DNA of 42,532 nt from Folioceros fuciformis (Eukaryota). Below are positions 34,053 to 42,532 of the stretch, in pieces (within the stretch, counting starts at the first letter, position 1; each line of letters opens with the position of its first letter). The stretch is from NCBI GenBank assembly GCA_049999805.1, contig JBNGIO010001771.1, positions 1 through 42,532 of the forward strand. The letters are read 5' to 3'. The position numbers and the translations under genes are program-made. A model generated the notes under the pieces. The model ran no database searches. It saw nothing but the letters and a program-made list of their open reading frames with translations, and was not told the DNA's origin.

Positions 34053-36773
34053 TCACCCTCGTTGAGGATCAACTTCCATGAGACTTTTGTCGTCCGGGCC
34101 TTCTTGGGAAACGACATGGGTTTGTTGATAGAGTCGGAAACTAACGATTAGGATGAACGCTGCACACACACAAACACATAGAAGACAGTATGAGAAAGGT
34201 CCTGCGTGATGGACCACAGATGATACAGCGTTTGGTTGGTAGCAGGTCCGCCTACCTCCGCAAAGCCGAGCTGGGAAGGACGACAGGTTCCAAGCTGACA
34301 GAAAGGTTGCAGCCATAACTAGTTTCTTGTGGGAACAGGAGCTCCACGCTAGCCACAACCGTGACAGGACCGATTTTGCTGTGATGTCAGCACACCCAAG
34401 TGCGTCAGCCTCGAATCTCACACCGACTGTAAAAAGGTGACAATGGCAGCAGCATGATGCAGGCCGCCATTCATTCACTAGGTACCTTGGCCCTGTAGCT
34501 GCGCTGAATAGCTGGCATAGCATTTTGGTATTATGAACAAGGCAAAGAAGGCTGCACAGACACGAACAAGGAGTTCAGCAAAACCATCGAGATTTGGCCA
34601 TTAGAGAGGCGGTCGGTTGTTAACCAGCAACATCGGAGATACTAACCAACTCGCGTTAGGGTCCAGAAACTCATCAGGTATCCAGCCTGGGCCAGTAACC
34701 AGAGGGCCAGAGTTAACTGCAGTCAGTAAAGTCGATGATTAGAGCGAAAAGTGCGCCATCTCCAAAGATGCACCGGCAGACGCATATGACGTTGTCATGT
34801 AATGACCCTGAGTCCACCTTACCCTAAGTGTGGTGGAAGGATCACCGGAAAACATCTGCGATGTTTTTCTCAACACGAAATTAACTGACGGCATCCAAAG
34901 TCTTACGACGGCCAGCATGTCAGCTTCAGTGACCTGGCTGATGTCCGTTTCAGACGTAAGCTCCCTGCCCCGGCGCATAAACGTGAGAATGAGAGACTTG
35001 TTCCCCAGGTGCAACTTTTTGCAAGACGTCTTGATGGGAAGTCGCAGTACCTCTTAAAAAAATTCCGATGAATGAAGACAGCAGACAAGTGGAGCATGGC
35101 TGTATACGCCCCCATGGTGATCATTCTGCAAGAGGAGCGCGCATGTTCAGAGTTTCTGCGCAGTCATGCGCCAATTGTATCTAGGGTAGATTGTAAAACA
35201 CTCACCCACACCGCATCTCTTGCATGAACGATGCGGACATGATAAAAAAACAACCCGTGCCAAAAAATAGTGAAGATCTCGGGACATCCCGCCACATGAC
35301 AATATCCCCTGCTTTCACACAATGCATCGTCAGTCCAGAAAGCGAGACAAACTGCCACAACAACGAGTAACGTAGTCGCAAGTGCATAGAGCAGTATACC
35401 CATGGAGCTAACCCAGCTGCTGTCGTCTGTCTGAGTTGATTCTGCACCAGGAAGTAAGCAACCAGGCAGACTATCAAAGGGCTGTCCAGGATGAAGCACA
35501 GAATGATACCCTGCACTTTTACGTGATCACAGGCAAACGAGGGTCACAGGAACTGACCACTAATGGCCGTCCATGACATCGGAGATGGAGCCTCCGCCAA
35601 CTTGGGAATGCGAGTTGGAGGTTCTCCGGTTTCAGGTGAAACATTTTCCTTGTCAGACGATGTTTTGCGTTTATGTTGAATCTGCTTGCTCCTGCTGGTA
35701 CGACCTCCCCTACCTTCAGCTTCCACAGCTGAAGATTCCAGTTCTGGTTGCTCAAAATGCACCACCCTGCTAGAACCCTTGACCGAAGGCACTCCTGGGT
35801 TTTGGCCAGCACCGTCCAGTCCTAGCTCTGCTCGGACTCGTCTGGAAGCCCGTGCGGCATCCCCTCTTCTGGACACTCTCCCAACATCCTCAACTGAAGG
35901 TCGTTCAGCGGAACTACTCCTCGGCTGCTGCACACCATGCGACATCTTCGACCTCCGGGATCCTACTTGAGGTTGAGCTGATTCGGAGATGGGAATAGAC
36001 TGCACAGCATGCTGCCTCTCTGCCACCAGTTGCTCGATTGCTGGGTTAACAGAGCTGTTCACAGCTCGGGCTGCCTCCAACAACAACAGGTGACTCACCT
36101 GTCGAGCGATCGGAGGAGGCCTGGCTGGGGGAGAGATGTTAGGAGTGTTGCAGGGGTTCTGAGTAGGGTGCTCGTCCTTCTCGAAAGGAATCTGACTCGT
36201 TTCCCGGACGATTACCGCATCCTGCATCGCATCAGCTACTGTACCCTTTCCTTTCCTCGAACTCCTACCTGATTGACGATGAGAAGAAACCTTCTCCTCC
36301 ACATCCACAGTATCATCATCGGAGTCGAGTCTGAACTCCAGACTCTTCATCCTGCGCTGCCGCAAACTGGAGGCCTTTTCCCCCTCTCCCTCCTCCTCCA
36401 CAACATCAGGCCCTCTCGGACTCCTCGCAGGACTTTTCCCGCTCTTCCTAGTCCGCCTCATCCCCTTAAAACAGTTCACCGCAACAGCGTCAGTCGCCAC
36501 GCTCGGCACAGCTGGAGCAGCCACCGAAATACCGCTTGCCGCAGCCGCCATTTTCAAAGTTTGCAAATGCCTCAGTGACAAATCCGCAGCAATGAGCGAA
36601 CCAGAGGCTGCCAGCAGCTCTTCCCTCTCGAGCCTGTAACTCAAAGCCTTAGCCGCCAAGGAGTCCGGACCAACCTGTTTGCCAACACCACGCCGACCCC
36701 TGCCATCCGGCGACAAAACCACAGCCGTCTCCCGCAAGGACGACAAGTGCAATGCCTCCTTGCCGGACTCCAT
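34053..36773 (-). CDS. Reticulon-like protein of the RTNLB17/18/21 type (long disordered N-terminus)
   Basis: Exons encode DIVMWRDVPRSSLFFGTGCF, MFSGDPSTTLR, LTLALWLLAQAGYLMSFWTL, FFALFIIPKCYASYS, AWSSCSHKKLV...WNLSS and AFILIVSFRLYQQ, matching the order of reticulon-domain motifs. Confidence 0.85.
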
Positions 36774-37808
36774 TCCTTCACTCCAAAATCCACAACCTTG
36801 AACGCAACTCCGATTCCTTACCACTAACTCGCTCACTCACACACTCACACACTCACAATCTAGCCACAAACCGACACCTCTTCTCAGCCGCATCCGCAAC
36901 CTCGCCTCCGCAACAATCGAAACCAACATTCTCATCTACCTTCGCTCGGATCAGGCCCCCATCCGGAACGTCCTCCACGCACATTGCATTCCAACCTGAA
37001 GCACCAGAAAACAAGGGATGAGACAACATCCAAACATACACCTCCGAAACCGCCTGCATCCTGCAGCAACGTCAAAGCTAGTTCTTCCACGCAATTCTGA
37101 TTTGCGGCAGATTCGACCTGACCTGACTGGAAGCCTGGCGTGGAGGACGTGAACACGAGAATCACGCGATTCCGCAGGCCGGCTTGGGGCCGTCGGGTGA
37201 GGCTGACGATGCTGCTGCTGTTTTCGGCGAAAGAGACGAACATCGGATGCACGTCCGCTTGTTCCTGTTCCGAGAAAGGCTAACCCTTCCAGGTTGGGCT
37301 AGCCCAGGCTTGCTCTGCTTTAGCATGTGTTCTCCCGCCACTCCACCCCAGTCTGACCGTTGGGCCACTTTCGAATTCATTTCTCTTCTCGAACTGGAAA
37401 GTACTGTATGGTCTTCCAGCATATTCTGGCGGCACACGAACGGCATTCCAGAAATTGATCTCCCACATGGCTGTTCCGTTGATCCTCGTTTGTCGAACGT
37501 TTCTTTCAAACGTCCTCTTTCACACGTCCAATTGACACGTCTGGCTTGCAACAACGTTCCAAGGTATCTATGGTTCATGCATGTAGATGTACGGCCATGA
37601 CCTTCCAGCTTTGTATGCAGAATCTTCCAACCTCTTTTTTTTTTTTGAAGTGTAATACTTTTTTAACAAAATTAAATGAACCCTTTCTCTCTTTCTCTCA
37701 TAAGGCTTACAAAGGAATGAAGTGTATAGTTATCAATTTTCATTTTTTTAGTCAAAATCTAAACTCTATTCAAATATTATTCACAAACGTTCCATTGTAC
37801 CAAAGTTC

Positions 37809-38472
37809 TCTTTTTTTACTTCATCTAATGCAGAAAAGAGATTCAACTCAAGGTACTTTTGAATAATGTGCATTTCATGTCCTTCTATCATGTGGCTAAT
37901 CCTTTTCTAACTCTTAGCATCCAACTTTGTTTTGGGTTTAGGGTTTACACAATTATTGCCAAAGCCTCAACAGCATCGCTGAGACTGCCTTGAGGACATA
38001 AATTGAGTATTGTTTAAGCCTTTATTGTCTTTTCATACCTTAGAGGCTTGCTAAAGAATGGATCATTCTCTAAGTTTCATTTGGCTTCCAAAACATAGCA
38101 ATCCATTCCCACATTTACAGCATCAGGTCACCTTCCTCTACGCCTCCCAAAGAAATGTTGCTGTAAGAGTTCATGACAATAGGCTAGGTTGCTGCATGTC
38201 ATGCCATGCCTATTAATCACCAACATTTAAGTCCTTTGAAGTCAAGACATCTAAGTCCCTTGCAATCAAGAAAGTGGAAGCTCCTCCTCTAATCCTTGTA
38301 TGTTGTTGAAGGAGCATTACAACACAAAAGCTCCAACAACACACCAATGTAGGTGTTTTCCTTAGCTTGCTTAGGCACTACAAGATTCCACAGAGGATGC
38401 TCCCACTAGAAGAGATGGTTAGTTAGGAAACTCAAAGACTAGGCTCATATGTTTAGTGCTATCGTGCTAAAA
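37809..38472. repeat. Direct repeat copy A1 (~660 bp), TE-derived
   Basis: Aligns along its whole length with 39816-40480, with scattered substitutions and a few indels. Confidence 0.92.
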
Positions 38473-38475
38473 CAA

Positions 38476-39815
38476 TGTTAGCTAAAAGTGCCCTTGACAT
38501 TAGGCAACCAACATTGTATGTAAACAAAAAACCTAACCTCACAGTCTCTGAGAAGGTTGCTATGAACATGACCATAAGGTACATGAGAAAATGAGCAGGG
38601 ACGAATGGAATCCTGGTAAGTCCTTATCAAAACCACACATGAGCAACATTGTCGCGCTACAAGGAGTGCTAATGTGTCTCGTTCACTCAAAACTAGTGTT
38701 TGGGCAAAATCTCACGCAGTGAACCATCATAGCGCAATCCCAGTCTCCCCAACGCCCACGAGCGTAGCCCAGCTAGATCAACCAACTTGAAACACCAGCA
38801 TAGCCACAAATCCACTCCGGTCTCCAGCAATCACGACCAGAATTCCGCTGCTTGCTGACGCCGCCACGAGAGCCCTGAGTCTGCAACTCCTCAGTGGAAG
38901 GTCGCGGCCGCTTGCACAACTCGGACACTTAACGTTGGACCCAGCTTGCACTCGCACCACATCGTCACTCGCACAATACGACCATCAGTCCCAGCTCGGG
39001 GAGTCTCCACGATGCCCCCGGTCCACAGCCCGTACCGCGTTGATTCCACGCACAAGCTCCAAAGCATGGCTTCGTGATTTTGCTCAGCATCTCGTGTCGT
39101 GCAACCCCACAGCTAGCAAACATCAGGTGAGGGTTCGCAAAGGAACCGCCACGCCCTCGGCATCACAACTCCATTCTGGCATCGCCCACAAACAACGATC
39201 ACTGTGTTGGGCTCACAATGAGAGCTCCCTCCTCTCGTCTGCAGTCCACCTATCCCACCCTTGCAATCAGGTTCGCCCTCAAACACTCCGAATTAGCAAA
39301 TCAGACTCTTTGAGTTGCAGTAAGTCCTCAACCCAGCATCAACACGACACACTCAGACCACACACGACATGACAATCACAACTTGCTCTGATTCCTAAGA
39401 AGTCACAAAGCATATCACATGTTCCCTAGCCAACTACACGGGAAGGTCCAAGCTGCGCGCCGCAGGAGGCTGCCACCTGAGAACTTCTAACAACTACCTA
39501 GCTAAGCCCCGCAGTCCGATACTCATCTGTACCACTCTTCTCCTGGTCGTTGCCTGCGGTCTCACTCCACACTATCGGTGCCATGCCGCCCACGGTCGCA
39601 ACCTCACACCCATCTTGCGCAATGATGCCCGAGCTGCCCAATCACTCACGTTCGCCATCGTCTAGCATCACATGTTTGCCCTTCACGCCTCGCTCTTGAG
39701 CCCTAAACGAACCCACATGTTTCATGCTTGGCTAATTCGGGCTGCTTATCTAATGATCAGCCTAATTACTTAGGTTAAATAATTAGCTAGCCTAGTTAAT
39801 CAACATAGCCTGACA
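38476..39815. mobile_element. Solo-LTR-like insert (~1.34 kb)
   Basis: Termini TGTTAG...CTGACA form a 5/6 inverted repeat with TG..CA ends, placed at the borders of the A1/A2 duplication. No recognisable coding capacity. The 5-bp flanks do not match (AACAA versus TCTTT). Confidence 0.5.
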
Positions 39816-40480
39816 TCTTTTTTACTTCATCTAACAAAGAAAAGAGATCCAACTCAAGGTACTTTTGAATAATGTGCATTCCATGTTCTTCTATCGTATG
39901 GCTAATCCTTTTCTAACTCCTAGCATCCAACTTGTTTGCACAAGAATTACCAAAGCCTCAACAACATCACTGAGACTGCCTTGAGGAAATAAATTGACTA
40001 TTGTTTAAGCCTTTATTGCCTTTTCATACCTTGGAGGCTTGTTAAGGTATGGATCATCCTCTAAGTTTCATTTGGCTTCTAAAGCACAACAATCCATTTC
40101 CACATTTAGAGCATCATGCCACCTTCCTCTACGCCTCCCAAAGAAATGTTGCTATAAGAGCTCATGACAATGGGCTAGGTTGCTGCATGTCATGCCATGC
40201 CTATTAATCACTAACATTTAAGTCCTTTGAAGTCAAGACATCTAAGTCCCTTGCAATCAAGAAAGTGGAAGCTCCTCCTCTAGTCCTTATATGTTGCTGA
40301 AGGAGCATTACCACATAAGAGCTCCAACAACACATCAATATAGGTGTTTCCTTGGCTTGCTTGGGCACTACAAGGTTCCACAGAGGATGGTGCCACTAGA
40401 GGAGATGGTTAGTTAGGAAACTCAACGACTAGGCTCATATGTTCAGTGCCATGAGACCTTGATGTAACACATGCCAAAAA
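39816..40480. repeat. Direct repeat copy A2 (~660 bp), TE-derived
   Basis: Second copy of 37809-38472. Confidence 0.92.
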
Positions 40481-41372
40481 TGGTTCCATATTTGTATCTA
40501 AAGAGGAACGACATCTGAAAAAAACCGGGTGCTCATGAAATCCTTCTTTCCTCTTCACCACCAATGTCATGATACCATATTACTCTCCACAACCTCTCCA
40601 TTTTACAGGCTTAGGGTTTAAGTAGGGTGACGAATAATCCAATTCATATATGCAAACTACATTTTTGTAAGGCAAGCGTAGTATGAACTAAGTCATTGAT
40701 GACAAAGATTTTAAAAACAAGCTGTCTTCAAATCCACTAGGGGTTTGTCCGCGCCCCTACTATTAACATCTACACAACCTATCTAGCGATAGTTCTTAAC
40801 CTTCAAACCGCTAGATCATCCACAGTCGAGTTTGGCCCTTCATGTTCGTCAATAGGTGCTCTGAGTGAAGGCGCACTAGGGAATGTTTCAAAATGATCTA
40901 GGTCCCATGTCTCATCATCAGGTTGTTGCTCCGAGCACTTTGCAGCATCATCCCCTTGTGGGTTCGTGATTTCCTTTCCTTTTCCCTTTGTCTTTATCTT
41001 CACATGACCTTGTATTTGACGAAGTTCAAGCACGTCCATCAGAGTGGTCTTTCTATGCACCACTTGCAATGTCTGTGCTCTCAGTTTCACAGACCTTCCA
41101 CTTGCAACCTCTCAGGAAAAAAGTAGAAAATGCCCAAGACATTTTCTACTAAGGCTTCATTGTCAACTCCTCCTCGTTGGAAGGAAAAACTTCATACCCT
41201 GTTATTCTTCGCTCGATAAAGATAGTTTGCCACTACTCATGGTCCATAGCTATACATTTTCGACTCTCATAGATCCTACAAGAACCCCATGAGTGGGCCA
41301 AGGTTTATAAAAGTAATAGGAATGGTATTCTCTCTCTTTTCTCTGTGGCGGCCTATCCATTGTTTTGCAATG

Positions 41373-41472
41373 AGCATTGGCCAATATGGTTTTTAGACAA
41401 GCAACATGTGCGGCTTCTTCGAAGCATTGGCCAATATGGTTTTTAGACAAGCAACATGTGCGGCTTCTTCGA
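41373..41472. repeat. Perfect 2 x 50-bp tandem duplication
   Basis: agcattggccaatatggtttttagacaagcaacatgtgcggcttcttcga occurs twice, back to back. Confidence 0.97.
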
Positions 41473-42198
41473 CACTGGTGGTAAGGAGGCCTTTTGTTAT
41501 TCCACATCATGACATTTTGGGAGCAGTAAGTAGTTTTTGAGAACGATATTTGAAGGGGCTAGTACCACTTTTGGTCTTTGGCCTTGTTCGAGTTGTTCCT
41601 CCAATCTTTGGAGTACATGGAACTTTCTATCTCTTTTTCAATAATAGAAAATACTGTTTGATAAATTTCTCCCTTCGTACTTGTACATTGCATCGAAGAC
41701 TTGAAGGAAATTACATCTTAAAAAGTATTTTTTTATAATATATTTCAAATGTTCACCTCTTATGTTGTAGGTCCTTTAGGGTCATCTTTGAACCTTTAGA
41801 ACTGGTTCTGTGGAAATAACACATCTTCACCAAATCCGCCACCTTGAGCATGTCTAGTGTGCTTAGATCTAGAGCTTAAGGTTTGAGAGCCTCTAATCGA
41901 AATGGAAAGTATTGAAAGCATACAAATCCAACGAAACATCACAATGACTTAAGGCGGGTGTTAAGATTACAAATGCAGGGAAGGAATGGTACAGAAACAA
42001 AATGGGAACACGTGAGTTTCACAAGCTTTTTACAGTAAACGTCGGTGTTTATCCATTCCTTTTTCTCTCTCCCGTTCTCGGTGAAGTTTGGTCTATCCTG
42101 CGAGATCTCGTCTCGCAATCGGGAACAGCGCACGAAGGACGGGAAGGAAAGGACGGAAGGGAAGGGAAGGGAAGCGAAGGAAGGGGAAACCAGCAGCT

Positions 42199-42429
42199 AT
42201 GGCGGCAGCGATGGCGCTGGGAGCAGCTGTGGGCGTGGCCTCTGGAGGCCCGCACGTTCTGCCCCGTGCGTTCCGCCAAGCTCAGCCTGCGCAGCTTTGC
42301 ATTTCCGCCACTTCCTTCGTGCACGGCTGCAGGCTGCAATGCGAGCTCCTGGCCGCAGCCCCCGTGTGGGAGAGGAGGCGAGACGTTCTGCGGGTGACCA
42401 ATGTAGCAACCGAGCCCGCTCCCGCCGAG
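42199..42429 (+). CDS. First coding exon of a probable plastid-targeted protein; the gene continues beyond the window
   Basis: MAAAMALGAAVGVASG...RRRDVLRVTNVATEPAPAE has transit-peptide composition and is followed by a GTGAG donor and a T-rich intron. A GA-rich leader precedes the ATG. Confidence 0.7.
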
Positions 42430-42532
42430 GTGAGCAGCAGCGAGGATGGAGCTGTTTCTTGCACTAGCTGGCGGCATTTCTTTTCTTTTCTTTTCCTTTG
42501 GTGTCGGTGTCGGTGTTGATCTTGCTTCCGGT

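Noticed and set aside
5117..36773. A functionally linked gene cluster spanning the window
   Set aside because: SBPase, NUP155, PPRs, CPA, F-box and reticulon share no pathway. The tight spacing is explained by a compact genome.
42199..42429. Naming the last gene CHLI from the NVATE motif
   Set aside because: Only a transit-peptide exon is visible, which is not enough to assign identity.

Overview
This is a gene-dense nuclear locus from a land plant with short introns (about 80-140 nt). The PPR C-terminal signature (PGQSWWTD) and a probable centriolar gene point to a flagellate-sperm lineage, most plausibly a hornwort; this is an inference. From left to right: a nested, internally deleted Ty1/copia relic and LINE debris (1-4.5 kb); an 8-exon chloroplast SBPase (+) convergent with nucleoporin NUP155 (-); a head-to-head pair of PLS-class PPR RNA-editing factors with truncated DYW:WW-type ends, separated only by a ~203-bp two-unit tandem duplication; a ~10 kb multi-exon, low-complexity gene with a TRM/CAP350-type C-terminus (CEP350-like, -); N-carbamoylputrescine amidase (+) with two GC-AG introns; an intronless F-box gene (+); an RTNLB17/18/21-type reticulon (-); a ~660-bp duplication flanking a solo-LTR-like insert plus other TE debris; and the first exon of a plastid-targeted protein. 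All calls come from reading the sequence by eye; no database searches were run.
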